From Candidatus Wolframiiraptor gerlachensis (GTDB taxonomy: Archaea; Thermoproteota; Nitrososphaeria_A; Caldarchaeales; Wolframiiraptoraceae), in the NCBI GenBank assembly GCA_021323375.2, contig JAJPCT020000026.1:8574-72573 (forward strand): a stretch of DNA of 64,000 bases, given 5' to 3'. The notes under the pieces are model-generated. The model was not told where the DNA came from, made no database searches, and was given only the letters and a program-made list of their open reading frames with translations. How positions within the stretch are numbered: position 1 is the first letter of the stretch; the number at the start of each line of letters is the position of its first letter. Made by a program: the position numbers and the translations under genes. This document shows positions 9,920-20,176 of the stretch, in pieces.

Positions 9920-10526
9920 CCCGCGCCCTTAATGTTTGGATGGCGTAAATCATCCTCCAGGCCACGGTAATCATCGCGAGCACGGCTATCAGGATCATGG
10001 AGATCTCTAGAGCCTGCTTGATGAACGGCGTTATGATTGACGCGATGATTAGTAGTATTGTGCGCTCCGCCCGCTCCATGAACCCCACCCCCTTGAGATT
10101 TACTCCAAGGGGCTCAGCCCTATGTCTTACATAGCTAACCATGAGTGATGATGTTAGGGCGAATGCTCCCCAGAAGGCGCTGACGGCCCCCGAGGCTATG
10201 ATCGCCACATATATCGCTGCCTCACCCAGCTTATCGAAGACCGAGTCTAGGAATGCGCCCAAGTCGCTTGTCATCTTGAGTCTCCTAGCAACAGCCCCGT
10301 CCACGGCGTCGAAGAACCCGGAGAGCGCTAGGAATATGACGGCGAGAAAGTAGCTCGCTGGGGCGACAGCTCCTAAATAATAGAATGCGGCTGAGGCCAG
10401 AGCGGTAATGAAGGCCAGAGCTGTTACGGCCATGGGCTTTATTCCGAGCCTGGACAACCTCTCTATGAAGCCCGCGGAAAACTTCTCGAAAACTTCCTCC
10501 TCGAGCTTACGCCTCCTAGACGCCAT
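9900..10526 (-). CDS. CDP-alcohol phosphatidyltransferase (archaetidylinositol-phosphate synthase-like)
   Basis: DAVDGAVAR...GAFLDSVFDK signature; SLMVSYVR.RAE; GFMERAER. Confidence 0.9.
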   Translation of the reverse strand: MASRRRKLEEEVFEKFSAGFIERLSRLGIKPMAVTALAFITALASAAFYYLGAVAPASYFLAVIFLALSGFFDAVDGAVARRLKMTSDLGAFLDSVFDKLGEAAIYVAIIASGAVSAFWGAFALTSSLMVSYVRHRAEPLGVNLKGVGFMERAERTILLIIASIITPFIKQALEISMILIAVLAMITVAWRMIYAIQTLRARASHKRS

Positions 10527-10609
10527 CTCTCAAGCATTAGCTTGGAACCCCCCAATTTTAAATCTCTGTGGAATTTGAGCAGCCCTTATATAGCGCCCCA
10601 AATCATAAC

Positions 10610-10987
10610 ATGGTAATGATTAATAAAGAGCGGGTCAGGAGCAAGGTTATAGCGGCTCTAAGGGAAGCTTATGACCCCGAGATACCCGTGAACGTCTATG
10701 ATCTCGGGCTAGTCTATGGAGTTGATGTTGATGATGAGGGTAATGTTGAGATAAGCATGACCTTGACGGCTGTTGGGTGCCCGATGGCCGGCCTCATCAT
10801 CTATAGGATTGAGGAGGAGGTTAGGAGCAAGGTGCCGGAGGCTAAGAGCGTCAAGGTCAAGCTGGTCTGGGAGCCCATGTGGAGCCCGGAGAGGATCACC
10901 CCCGAGGGCAGGGAGATGCTGAAGAAGCTCTATGGCTATGATGTCGTGGAGGAGTGGATCAAGAGGTATAAAGAGCTGAGAGTGTAG
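10610..10987 (+). CDS. SufT/PaaD/MIP18 (DUF59) Fe-S assembly protein
   Basis: YDPEIPVNVYDLGLVY, MTLTAVGCP and LVWEPMW motifs; ATG at 10610 follows a TATA box. Confidence 0.9.
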   Translation: MVMINKERVRSKVIAALREAYDPEIPVNVYDLGLVYGVDVDDEGNVEISMTLTAVGCPMAGLIIYRIEEEVRSKVPEAKSVKVKLVWEPMWSPERITPEGREMLKKLYGYDVVEEWIKRYKELRV

Positions 10988-11049
10988 CGCGGTTCCTCAT
11001 ATTTAGAGATAGGATAAAGAACCGGCTTATCGGATGTTTAGAGCGTCTT

Positions 11050-11838
11050 ATGCCGCCGATATTCTGTGTTGTTAGCCTTGGTAGGGGTCGGGGTAAGACT
11101 AGGCTCATTGAGAGAATCGTGTCCGAGCTCTCCAAGCTTGGCGTGAGGGTTGCGACGATAAAGCACTCCAGAGAGAATGTTGATCTCGCGGACAAAGACT
11201 CTTACAGGCATCTCGAAGCAGGCGCGATCGAGACATCAATAATCTCGCCATCCGAGCTCATCACGATTAGGCGCGCTCAAGCATCCTTAGATGATGCCAT
11301 AAGATCCCTCCACGTTGAGGCGGACCTCATACTCCTCGAGGGTTTCAAGGAATCGAGTTATCCAAAGATTCTCTGCGCCGAGGATGAGCGCGAGGCTGAG
11401 GAGGCGCTGAAGAGGATCTCGGATGTAAGGGCGATTATTCTAAGGTCGCCCGGATCCATGGGGGAGATTTCCGGGGTTAGGGTTATGGGTGAGGATGAGG
11501 TCCTAGAGCTCCTAAGGAAGAGCGTAATGGATTACTGGGTCGAGCTCATTCCAGGCCTGGATTGCGGTAAATGCAGGTATGGGTCTTGCCAAGGGATGGC
11601 TGAGGCGATTAGGCGCGGTGAGGCCATGATAAGGGATTGTGTCATGAGGGGATTATCTAAGGCCAGGGTGATCGTGGATGGTGTTGAGGTTCCGCTCGGG
11701 CCATGGCCCCAGCAGCTTCTCCACAACCTCGTGAGGGCACTCGTTTCATCACTAAAACTTGGCGAACAAGCTCTCGAGAATGCTAGGATGATAGTGGTGG
11801 AGGTGAGGCTTGGGGGCGGGTCTTCTGGTGATGGCTGA
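11050..11838 (+). CDS. mobB: Molybdopterin-guanine dinucleotide biosynthesis protein B with C-terminal Fe-S domain
   Basis: GKT, VATIKH, KDSYRH..AGA, LEGFK and PGLDCGKCRYGSC...C motifs. Confidence 0.85.
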   Translation: MPPIFCVVSLGRGRGKTRLIERIVSELSKLGVRVATIKHSRENVDLADKDSYRHLEAGAIETSIISPSELITIRRAQASLDDAIRSLHVEADLILLEGFKESSYPKILCAEDEREAEEALKRISDVRAIILRSPGSMGEISGVRVMGEDEVLELLRKSVMDYWVELIPGLDCGKCRYGSCQGMAEAIRRGEAMIRDCVMRGLSKARVIVDGVEVPLGPWPQQLLHNLVRALVSSLKLGEQALENARMIVVEVRLGGGSSGDG

Positions 11839-12611
11839 TGGCGGCGATACTTGAGGGCCTGCGCTTCCAGCCCGGCACGAGCTTCATCCACAGGCTTGAC
11901 CCGAGGGTCAAGCTCCTAATATCCTCAACGCTCCTCATAACAGCCCTACTCTACTCTGAGATAACAGTCACAAGCATCGTGATCGCCGTTGAGGCAGCAC
12001 TCTCAGCGGCTAGCAGAACCCTCAAGAGATGGGCTAGAACAGTCTATGGCGCCATACCCCTCATAACACTCGTCTTCGCGATGAACTATATCTTCCTATC
12101 GCTTCAGGCCGGAGCGTTCACAGATCCCGAGATAATCTATAGGAGCTTCGCGGCGGCCTATAGGCTGATAGGCTTCCTTGCATCATTCTCCATCTTCTTC
12201 CTCACAACGACGCCGGAGGAGCTTGGGATGACCTTCACGAAGCTCAGGATACCATATATGTACTCGTTCGCTCTCATATCCGCGATAAGGTTCACGCCGG
12301 TGCTCGCTGAGGAGCTTCAGGCGATAATAGATGCGCAGCGGGCCCGCGGCCTAGAGCTCGATAAGGGAGGCCCGATAACCAGGATCAAGAGATACGTCCC
12401 AGTGCTGATCCCCCTGATAGTCAATGTTCTTAGGAGGAGCTATGAGCTCGCCGAGGCCATGGAGGTCAAATGCTTCGGCGCATCCGAGAAAAGAACATTT
12501 CTGAGAGAACTGAGGATGAGATCCATAGACTACGTGGTCCTCGTGATTACAGCCCTCTGCCTCGCGGTCTCGATATCCGCGCGGTTTTTCGTCGTTCTTC
12601 AAGTCCCTTAG
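11838..12611 (+). CDS. ECF transporter transmembrane component EcfT
   Basis: HRLDPRVKL, IRFTP, AQRARG and AMEVKCF motifs. Confidence 0.9.
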   Translation: MAAILEGLRFQPGTSFIHRLDPRVKLLISSTLLITALLYSEITVTSIVIAVEAALSAASRTLKRWARTVYGAIPLITLVFAMNYIFLSLQAGAFTDPEIIYRSFAAAYRLIGFLASFSIFFLTTTPEELGMTFTKLRIPYMYSFALISAIRFTPVLAEELQAIIDAQRARGLELDKGGPITRIKRYVPVLIPLIVNVLRRSYELAEAMEVKCFGASEKRTFLRELRMRSIDYVVLVITALCLAVSISARFFVVLQVP

Positions 12612-12652
12612 AGCCTTGGAATGATGCCTAGGGGAAAAGCTTAATCCCGAGC

Positions 12653-13180
12653 TTGAGTGATAAAAATAACATGCTTGGGCTAGGTGGTGAGGTTGAGCTA
12701 GTATCAGGCTTGATGCTTATAATCTTGGGGCTTGTGGTCGCGTTCTTCGGGAGGAAGCTCGCGAAGGCCGTCTTCTTCTTGATAGGTGGGCTTGTTGGGG
12801 CGCTTCTCGCCCTGCTGATATCGCCCATGTTCATCCCACCCCCATACACCTACATCGCCGCGCTAGTAGGCTTCGTTATAGTGGGCGTGATATTTCTCCT
12901 GCTCATGAAGTTCGGCGCGGGGATAATCGCGGGTCTCGCAACATTCATGCTCCTGAGAGGCATCGTTGACATACTCCTAGCGATAATCATCGCCCTGATA
13001 GTGCTGGTAATAGTGATTGTGCTCTTCGACAAGATCCTCTCAATCATAACAGCCCTCGTCGGCTCCCTGATATTCACGGCAGGGCTTCAACAGGCTGGAG
13101 TACCATTGCCAGACTTCCTGCAGCTAGTCATAATAGCGATCATAACGATTCTGGGCTCGATAGTCCAGCTTAAGACCTAG
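12653..13180 (+). CDS. Hydrophobic membrane protein (DUF4203-like)
   Basis: About 6 TM helices; GLVVAFFGRKL; TALVGS. Confidence 0.65.
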   Translation: MSDKNNMLGLGGEVELVSGLMLIILGLVVAFFGRKLAKAVFFLIGGLVGALLALLISPMFIPPPYTYIAALVGFVIVGVIFLLLMKFGAGIIAGLATFMLLRGIVDILLAIIIALIVLVIVIVLFDKILSIITALVGSLIFTAGLQQAGVPLPDFLQLVIIAIITILGSIVQLKT

Positions 13181-13724
13181 CCTTACCGAGGCTATAAGCC
13201 AGCTCAGCGGCTTCCACAGGATCATCTGTAAACCACGCCTTAATAATTCTGCGATGATCTAGGTAGCCATCTTCGCAGAATTCTCGGAGCCTATCCGAGG
13301 GATAACCGGTCCTGGTCAATATTATCAGTGGCTTCGCATAGATATACGCGAGAAATGCCTCGATTATCGTCCCAGCGCCGCCGCCAAGTATCACCATCGA
13401 GCTACAGCTCCTCGCGAGCGTTATGCTCCTCATCTGATATGTCATCCCGCTGAGAATCGGTATCACGTTGTACGGGCTATACCTAGGATGATCCTCGCCT
13501 ATGACCTCGTCCTCGACCGGTATAATGCCTATAGTCAGCCCGCCGCCCTCAACAAACTCCCTGCAAGCTATCCTCATCAGCCCACCATCACCACCACTCA
13601 TCAAGATAACTTCATCCCTGTATCTTAGGAGGGCCCGGGCGAAGCTACGCGCCTTATCCGCCGCGGCCGATGGAGGATTAGGATCGCTCGAAGCCCCTAT
13701 AGCTACTAGGATCCTTCTATTCAT
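13170..13724 (-). CDS. LOG family nucleotide-binding protein (TIGR00725-like)
   Basis: SGGDGGLM, GGLTIGIIP and GGGAGTIIE motifs. Confidence 0.85.
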   Translation of the reverse strand: MNRRILVAIGASSDPNPPSAAADKARSFARALLRYRDEVILMSGGDGGLMRIACREFVEGGGLTIGIIPVEDEVIGEDHPRYSPYNVIPILSGMTYQMRSITLARSCSSMVILGGGAGTIIEAFLAYIYAKPLIILTRTGYPSDRLREFCEDGYLDHRRIIKAWFTDDPVEAAELAYSLGKARS

Positions 13725-13767
13725 ATCAGCTCAGCAGCCCTAAGTGGAAAATAAAGATGAGGAAGGT

Positions 13768-14169
13768 TTAGGTCTCTAGTTCCAACCGGATCTCCGGCTT
13801 TATCCCCGCCTTCTCAAAGATTAATCCAACAGGACAGATCTCCATCGTCAGCTTCAGTGCCGTCTCAACCTCCTCCCTGCTCGCAGACGTCTTTATCCTA
13901 AGAACCCCCCTGATATTCTCGATCGTCTTTTCTCCCTTCTCTCCCTCAAGCTCAACCCTCAAGCTTTGGTAGCTCAGCTTCCTCTTCCCGGCGACAATGG
14001 CGAAGATCGTCCCAATGCATCCGGCCAGGCTCATGAGTGCCAGCTCGAGGGCTGTTGGGCCTAGATCTTCGCCCCCCTGATCTCTTGGAAGATCCACGAC
14101 AACGCTATGAGCTCTACCATTATCCACAGCGCTCCTGAAACCGGATATCCAGACTGATACGGCCTTCAT
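13768..14169 (-). CDS. OsmC family protein
   Basis: DLP...GGEDLGPTALEL..SLAGC and C-terminal CPV. Confidence 0.9.
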   Translation of the reverse strand: MKAVSVWISGFRSAVDNGRAHSVVVDLPRDQGGEDLGPTALELALMSLAGCIGTIFAIVAGKRKLSYQSLRVELEGEKGEKTIENIRGVLRIKTSASREEVETALKLTMEICPVGLIFEKAGIKPEIRLELET

Positions 14170-14230
14170 ACAAAATGGAGGTACCCTTCATATGGTAAAT
14201 ATTTTTCGCGGAGGGAGGTTGTATTTGCTG

Positions 14231-14524
14231 ATGAGTGTTCGCGACAGGGTTAGGGCTATGCTTAAGGCGAGGCTGAAGGAGGTTGATGAGCGGATAAAGG
14301 AGGCCGTGGAAAGGTATAGGCGAGGAGAACTGGATCGTGAGAGCTATATCAGGCTGAGATGCGAGCTCGAGCTGGAAAAAGGAAGAAGGGTTCTAGAGAA
14401 TCTTAGGAGGATGCTTGCGGGCCGCCGCTCACTCGCCGAACAACGGGACTCTTCCCAAGTAGTTCATCAGGATCCTCATGAGGTCTGTTCCACGTATTCT
14501 GCAGAGAGATCCACGAGCGCATGA
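14231..14524 (+). CDS. Hypothetical helical protein
   Basis: MSVRDRVRAMLKARLKEVDERI...GELDRESY; the tail overlaps the apgM 3' end. Confidence 0.55.
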   Translation: MSVRDRVRAMLKARLKEVDERIKEAVERYRRGELDRESYIRLRCELELEKGRRVLENLRRMLAGRRSLAEQRDSSQVVHQDPHEVCSTYSAERSTSA

Positions 14525-15670
14525 GATCTCGTCAAACCTCTTGACATCGTCTCTCCGGACATCGGGGCCCATGATCGCGATGGGAACTGGGTCTCCTCTA
14601 TGCTCCCCGACCTCGCTCGGCGTCGTGTGATCGCCGGTGATCGCGAGATAGTATTCCTCGGAGGTCACCTTCTCGACTAATGGTGTCAGCTCCCTCGAGA
14701 TCCACTCTATCACCTCAACCTTCTTGACGGGATTCTTGTCATGGCTCACGTTATCCGTTGCTTTCACATGTAGGAAGACGAGATCATAGCTGTCTAAGGC
14801 CCTTATAGCGGCCTCAACCTTCCCCCTAAGATTCGTGTTCACGGTCCCATTTGCCCCGGGGACTTGGATTAGGTCGAAGCCAACGGCCCTAGCGACTCCC
14901 TTGTATAATCCCCCGCCCGCGATCGCCGCGGCTCTTATGCCCCAAATCCTCGTGATCGGCTCTATCTTGGGGAGTGTTCCCGCTCCGCGGGGTAGGAGGA
15001 TGTTCGCCGGGAGGAGGCCCCTCTTGACACGCTCTAGGTTCAACGGATGCTCCGCCAAGATCTTGCCAGCCTTCTCGAGAAATTCCCGAAGAGCCTTAGC
15101 CGTCCTCTCAGCCTCCGGGCTATCATCAAGGGGCTGTGGGACCGCGGGCTTTACACCAGCCTTATGAGTATCGACGTCGGAGACGCATCTAGAAAGCCCC
15201 TCACCCCTGAGAACCAAAACTCCCCTATGCTCAGATGAGTGATGGAAGATCACTTGGACGCCGCTAACGCTCTCTATCCTTATATCCTTTAGAGCTTCTG
15301 CGAGCTGTCTAGCCTCCTCACTACTTATCCTCCCAGCTCTCCTGTCGATTACAATGCCATCATCGTTCACCGTTCCGAAGTTGCATCTAAAGGCCACGTC
15401 GCCCGGCTGTAGCTCGACGCCTACTCCAAGCGCCTCGAAAGCCCCCCTGCCCGGGTAACACGCATACGGATCATAGCCGAAGAGCGCGAGATGCGCTGTA
15501 TCGCTTCCAGGAGGCTGGCCCGGCGCTATCACATCCATTATCCCGCACTCTCCCTCAGATGCTATCCTGTTAAGGGTGTCAGCCCTAGCTGCCTGAAGAG
15601 GTGTTAAGCCCCTGAGAGCCCTCGTGGGCCTATCACCCAACCCATCACAAACAATTAGAACAGCCTTCAT
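14429..15670 (-). CDS. apgM: 2,3-bisphosphoglycerate-independent phosphoglycerate mutase (archaeal type)
   Basis: DGLGDRP, PGSDTAHLALFGYDP, GRGAFEALG, HVKATD..SHD and TGDHTTP motifs. Confidence 0.95.
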   Translation of the reverse strand: MKAVLIVCDGLGDRPTRALRGLTPLQAARADTLNRIASEGECGIMDVIAPGQPPGSDTAHLALFGYDPYACYPGRGAFEALGVGVELQPGDVAFRCNFGTVNDDGIVIDRRAGRISSEEARQLAEALKDIRIESVSGVQVIFHHSSEHRGVLVLRGEGLSRCVSDVDTHKAGVKPAVPQPLDDSPEAERTAKALREFLEKAGKILAEHPLNLERVKRGLLPANILLPRGAGTLPKIEPITRIWGIRAAAIAGGGLYKGVARAVGFDLIQVPGANGTVNTNLRGKVEAAIRALDSYDLVFLHVKATDNVSHDKNPVKKVEVIEWISRELTPLVEKVTSEEYYLAITGDHTTPSEVGEHRGDPVPIAIMGPDVRRDDVKRFDEISCARGSLCRIRGTDLMRILMNYLGRVPLFGE

Positions 15671-15764
15671 ACGTGCTAAAACCCTGTCTATGGGATGCTT
15701 TAAACATCAACCCCCGCCATGAATGTTGCATTAAAGCTATCTAGGAGCCTTATCACAATAGCGC

Positions 15765-15944
15765 ATGGCCCATATGTGTCCCAAGTGCGGCGGCGAGATG
15801 AAGAGCTTGGTCAGGAGTCTCTCGGCAAGGGTCGGCCCATTCTCCGTTAAGAGCTTTCTCCCGGCAGAACTCCAAGAATATAACTCGATTGAAGTCAGGG
15901 TGTGTGCGGTCTGCGGATACATGGAGCTATATTGGCTCAGGTAG
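15765..15944 (+). CDS. Small zinc-ribbon protein (59 aa)
   Basis: Manual translation MAHMCPKCGGEMKSLVRSLSARVGPFSVKSFLPAELQEYNSIEVRVCAVCGYMELYWLR; CPKCG and CAVCGYMELY; below the ORF-track cutoff. Confidence 0.8.
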   Translation: MAHMCPKCGGEMKSLVRSLSARVGPFSVKSFLPAELQEYNSIEVRVCAVCGYMELYWLR

Positions 15945-15949
15945 GGCGG

Positions 15950-16591
15950 CTAGGAAACCTCAACCCTCTCAATCTTTTCTAATGCCTGCGCGATAAGCTC
16001 CTCGACTGGCAGGGATTTCTCGATGCTCTCGATCTCCTCCAGCTTAGCCGCCGTCGCCTGCCTCCGCGGCACGAAGAGCGTGCAGCAGTCCTCCTGAGGC
16101 TTTATCGAGATATCATATGTCCCTATCTCCCTCGCCAAGCTCATTATCTCCTCCTTATCAAATCCTATAAGCGGCCTTAAAACAGGGATTCTGGCAGCGG
16201 CATCTATAACCCTGAGATTCTGGAGTGTTTGGGAGGATACCTGGGCCAAGCTCTCGCCCGTAACAAGGAATGCAGCCCCCTCCCTCTCAGCAACCCTCTC
16301 AGCGATCCTGAGCATGAACCTCCTATACAGGATGACGAGATATCTCGGATCAACCCTCGTCCTAAGGTAGGATTGTATCTCGGCGAGGGGCGCGAGGTAT
16401 AGTGTGCGCGTGGGCCCATGGCTTGAGAGGATCTTGACGAGTTGCATCGCCTTATAGACGCTGGATCTCGAGACGATTGGGAAGCTGTGGAAATGCAGGT
16501 AGACTAGCTCCACGCCCCTTCTAAGCATGAGATATGATGAGACGGGTGAGTCTATTCCCCCCGAGATCAGCGAGACCGCCCTCATCACCAT
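15950..16591 (-). CDS. thiI: ThiI-type sulfurtransferase, catalytic PP-loop domain only
   Basis: SGGIDSPV, TGESLAQVSSQTL.NL, LRPLIGFDKEEI, IGTYDISI and EDCC motifs; no THUMP domain. Confidence 0.85.
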   Translation of the reverse strand: MVMRAVSLISGGIDSPVSSYLMLRRGVELVYLHFHSFPIVSRSSVYKAMQLVKILSSHGPTRTLYLAPLAEIQSYLRTRVDPRYLVILYRRFMLRIAERVAEREGAAFLVTGESLAQVSSQTLQNLRVIDAAARIPVLRPLIGFDKEEIMSLAREIGTYDISIKPQEDCCTLFVPRRQATAAKLEEIESIEKSLPVEELIAQALEKIERVEVS

Positions 16592-16646
16592 CCATGGAAG
16601 ATATGATGCGTGTCCGTCTTAAACATCGCCCCCTTTGGCAACGATA

Positions 16647-17801
16647 TCATGCTCTCCTATACTTCGCGGCTATCTCCCCCATACAATCGATCACGTAATC
16701 GATCTCATCCTCGGTGGTCCATCTCCCTATGCTGAGCCTTAGTCCGCTCTTGGCTTGCCTCTCGTTTAGTCCTATGGCTAGTAGGACGTGGCTTGGCTCG
16801 ATCTTCCCGCTTGAGCAGGCGGAGCCTGTTGAGGCCGCCACACCCCTCTCATTCAGCTCCATTATCAGCCTCTCGCCATCGATGAATTCTAGCCAGAAGC
16901 TCGCGATCGTCTGGAGCCTCTTCTCCGGATGCCCGGTCAGGTGCACGCCACCTATCCCGAGCATCTCATGGATCAGTCTTCTACAAAGCCTCCCCAGCCT
17001 CTCGGCCTCATCATGCATGACTTCTCTGGCGATCTCACATGCCTTAGCGAACCCGATGGCCCCCGCGACATTCACGGTGCTGGATCTCAATCCATACTCG
17101 TGGCCGCCTCCATGAAGTAGAGGCTCCAGCCTGACGCCATCCCTGACATAGAGGCCACCAACCCCCTTAGGACCATAGATCTTGTGAGCGCTCAGGGTCA
17201 ACAGGTCCACGCGCATCTCCTCAACGTCCACCGGGAGCTTTCCAAGGCTCTGAGCAGCATCGACATGGAAATATACTCCGCGCTCCCTGCAAATCTCGCC
17301 AATCTCCTTTATGGGCTCTATTGTGCCGATCTCATTGTTCGCATGCATTATCGAGACGAGTATCGTGTCCCTCCTAATCGCCTCTTCAACGTCGCCGGGG
17401 TCCACGATCCCGTGAACATCCACTGGGAGATATGTTACCTCGAAGCCGTTTTTCTCGAGCCACTTACATGGCTCTAGGACGCTTGGATGCTCTATCTTGG
17501 ATGTTATGATGTGCCTGCCTTTTCCTCGATTGGCTAGGGCGACGCCCTTTATGGCGAGGTTATTGCTCTCCGTCGCGCTGCTCGTGAAGATGAGCTCCAT
17601 AGGGTTTGCATTGATGAACGCGGCAACAAACTCCCTAGCCCTCTCGAGGGCCTCCCTCGCCTCCATACCCCAGGCATGGGGGCTCATCGTGTTCCCGAAC
17701 TTCTCGCGGAAATACGGCATCATAGCCTCAAGAACCCTAGGATCAATCGGCGTCGTCGAGGCATAATCCATGTAGACACGGCGAGATCTAACCATGCTCA
17801 A
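16647..17801 (-). CDS. iscS: Cysteine desulfurase (IscS/NifS type)
   Basis: YMDYASTTP, ATESNN, SAHKIYGPKG and STGSACSS motifs. Confidence 0.93.
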   Translation of the reverse strand: MSMVRSRRVYMDYASTTPIDPRVLEAMMPYFREKFGNTMSPHAWGMEAREALERAREFVAAFINANPMELIFTSSATESNNLAIKGVALANRGKGRHIITSKIEHPSVLEPCKWLEKNGFEVTYLPVDVHGIVDPGDVEEAIRRDTILVSIMHANNEIGTIEPIKEIGEICRERGVYFHVDAAQSLGKLPVDVEEMRVDLLTLSAHKIYGPKGVGGLYVRDGVRLEPLLHGGGHEYGLRSSTVNVAGAIGFAKACEIAREVMHDEAERLGRLCRRLIHEMLGIGGVHLTGHPEKRLQTIASFWLEFIDGERLIMELNERGVAASTGSACSSGKIEPSHVLLAIGLNERQAKSGLRLSIGRWTTEDEIDYVIDCMGEIAAKYRRA

Positions 17802-17858
17802 GCCATGATCAATTATTGTTTTCTCACAATATATGCTCTCCCCGCGGCGATATCCCGG

Positions 17859-18710
17859 CTACCAAGCTTTGCAGATCATGTCATAATCCTCTTTTGCGAG
17901 CTTCCAGCCAGCCGCGCCTGCATTCTCCTCAAGATGTTGCCTCTGCAGGGCTTTCGGTATCGCTATCACTTGATCATGCCAGATAACCCAGTTAAGCGCT
18001 ATCTGAACAGGCGTCTTGGAGTATTTCTCGGCGAGCTCCATGAGCAGCTGGATCCTCCTCTCCGTGGGCTTCTTGAGATCAGCTAGAAGGGCGCCCCTCG
18101 CGAGGGGAGAGTAGGCCACCGCAGTCATGCCATTCCTGAAGCAGTATGGTATCAGATCCGCCTCAATCTTCCTATTATAGAGGCTATACTCCGCCTGGAT
18201 CGCGACCACATCGGTTGTGGATAGATAGGATCTCGCCTCCTCTATCTGGGTGGGCGAGAAGTTGCTTAACCCGATGTATCTTATCTTACCATCCTTATAG
18301 AGGCGCTCCATAGCCCTCATGCTCTCCGAGAGGGGAATCACATCACTCGGCCAGTGTATGTAGTATAGGTCTATGTAGCTTGTCTGAAGTCTCTTCAAGC
18401 TCCTCTCACAAGCCTTCAACAAATCATCATATCTCAGGTTTGTTGGCCACACCTTACTTGCTATGAAAACCTCGTCCCTCTTGAAGGCTTTTATCGCTTC
18501 TCCGACGAGCTCCTCCGCGTGGCCACCGCCATACATCTCAGCAGTATCTATATGCGTCATGCCGAGCTCTATAGCATATCTTATCGCCTCAACGGCCTCT
18601 CTATCCCTTGAATAATCTGGCGAGCCACCACCGCCAATCAGCCACGTCCCAAGACCTATCGCAGCTATTCTCTCGCCAGTCTTACCCAAAAACCTATACT
18701 CCATGACCAT
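17859..18710 (-). CDS. Aldo/keto reductase
   Basis: GLGTW, IDTAEMYG, DLYYIHWP, IGLSNF and AYSPL motifs. Confidence 0.93.
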   Translation of the reverse strand: MVMEYRFLGKTGERIAAIGLGTWLIGGGGSPDYSRDREAVEAIRYAIELGMTHIDTAEMYGGGHAEELVGEAIKAFKRDEVFIASKVWPTNLRYDDLLKACERSLKRLQTSYIDLYYIHWPSDVIPLSESMRAMERLYKDGKIRYIGLSNFSPTQIEEARSYLSTTDVVAIQAEYSLYNRKIEADLIPYCFRNGMTAVAYSPLARGALLADLKKPTERRIQLLMELAEKYSKTPVQIALNWVIWHDQVIAIPKALQRQHLEENAGAAGWKLAKEDYDMICKAW

Positions 18711-18807
18711 AACTATACCTCAACTCGATGTTCCATCCCAAATATGATATATGTGTTCACTCGCTGGGAACGTATTTTAGCCGCCCCACTTAAAGGTAAG
18801 GCTCGGG

Positions 18808-20136
18808 TTGTCTTTAGCTCGTATGTCCCTGAGTTTAAGGCTTCTCCTGACCTTGGAGATGGCCTTCGCGGGGATATACCTAGCCCTGACCAGGAATCTC
18901 CTCGTAATTTATCTAGCCTCGATAGAATTTGATGTGGGCGGCATCTCCCTTATAACATTAATCGCCACAGCCATCGCATCCCTCGTCTCGATAATTCTTT
19001 GGAGGTTCCCGAACCTCCTTACCCGAAGAGTTAAGCTGAAACTCCTGTTATTCCATGCACTTGAACGGGTCTTCTGGATACCAATAGTACTCGTAAGAGA
19101 TCTGGTGAGCATAGCGATCTTTTACACAGTGATAAGCTTCTCGTCAACAATCATAGTATCTTTAATGAATCTCCTAATTTACTTATCATTCGACGAGGCA
19201 GGAGTCAGAGATGTTACCGCGAAGAGAGCGATCGCCGGAAACCTGATGAGTATCATAGGATCTATGGCGGCGATAACGACGCTAGCAATGTTGCCAGAAG
19301 ACCTGAAATTTGTCATAACGTTTGTCATGGGTTCTCTGATAGGCCTTCTCGCCACACTCGTACTCTCTATCGCAGATATGAGGCATCTTGAGGGCGCTGA
19401 AGTGCCGAGGAAGGTTGAAAGGCCCGAACAGATGTTCACAATATCATCGTTCCTGCTCGCGATGCTGACATCCAGCAACCTCCTCGGAATAGTGTGGACG
19501 CCCTATCTGATGGGGGTTCTAGGGGCGCCAGACTACCTTGCAGCCACCATGAATTTCATCTCGACGATCTTCGGCATTGTGGGATCATTTTTCTGGGCGA
19601 GGAGATCTCTCGGAAGCTTTAGACTTGCTATCGGCAGCTTAATACTGGTCCCAATCGCCGCCTTCATCACGCCAATACCCACAGCCCATCTTGGGGTAAT
19701 GGCCTTCGGCTCGTTCATGTTCACTGGAGCAAGCTTTCTCGGAAATTTCCTATTTGCTAGGTACTTGAGGGAGTTCGGTGCGGTCAGGTCCAGCATAATG
19801 CTCTCCATGCTTGCGAACCTCTCCCAGCTCTTGGCAACACCATTCGGCATGATCTTCAGCCAGAGCTATATGCTCCTATTCACCTCAGTGATCTTAATTA
19901 GGCTGCTATCCGTGGCACTCGCATTCCTCACGGTACCGGAGGTCGCAACGGTGCCAGAGGAAGTCGCGAGAACATACTCTCAGCTCATCTACGCGAATAG
20001 CCTCATGGGATACTCGTACATCTTGGAGACGAGCAAGGAGGTGGTGGCTCTCACAGTCAGGCTCCTCGCCCTAGCCATGGTGCTGATCCTCCTCTACATA
20101 CTCTACAAATTCATCTTCTTCCTAGCCGGGGTCTAG
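18808..20136 (+). CDS. MFS-like membrane transporter
   Basis: About 12 hydrophobic helices in two halves. Confidence 0.6.
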   Translation: MSLARMSLSLRLLLTLEMAFAGIYLALTRNLLVIYLASIEFDVGGISLITLIATAIASLVSIILWRFPNLLTRRVKLKLLLFHALERVFWIPIVLVRDLVSIAIFYTVISFSSTIIVSLMNLLIYLSFDEAGVRDVTAKRAIAGNLMSIIGSMAAITTLAMLPEDLKFVITFVMGSLIGLLATLVLSIADMRHLEGAEVPRKVERPEQMFTISSFLLAMLTSSNLLGIVWTPYLMGVLGAPDYLAATMNFISTIFGIVGSFFWARRSLGSFRLAIGSLILVPIAAFITPIPTAHLGVMAFGSFMFTGASFLGNFLFARYLREFGAVRSSIMLSMLANLSQLLATPFGMIFSQSYMLLFTSVILIRLLSVALAFLTVPEVATVPEEVARTYSQLIYANSLMGYSYILETSKEVVALTVRLLALAMVLILLYILYKFIFFLAGV

Positions 20137-20176
20137 GGGTAAGCTAAAAAGCAGCCGAGTCTCCCTAATCCATCGC

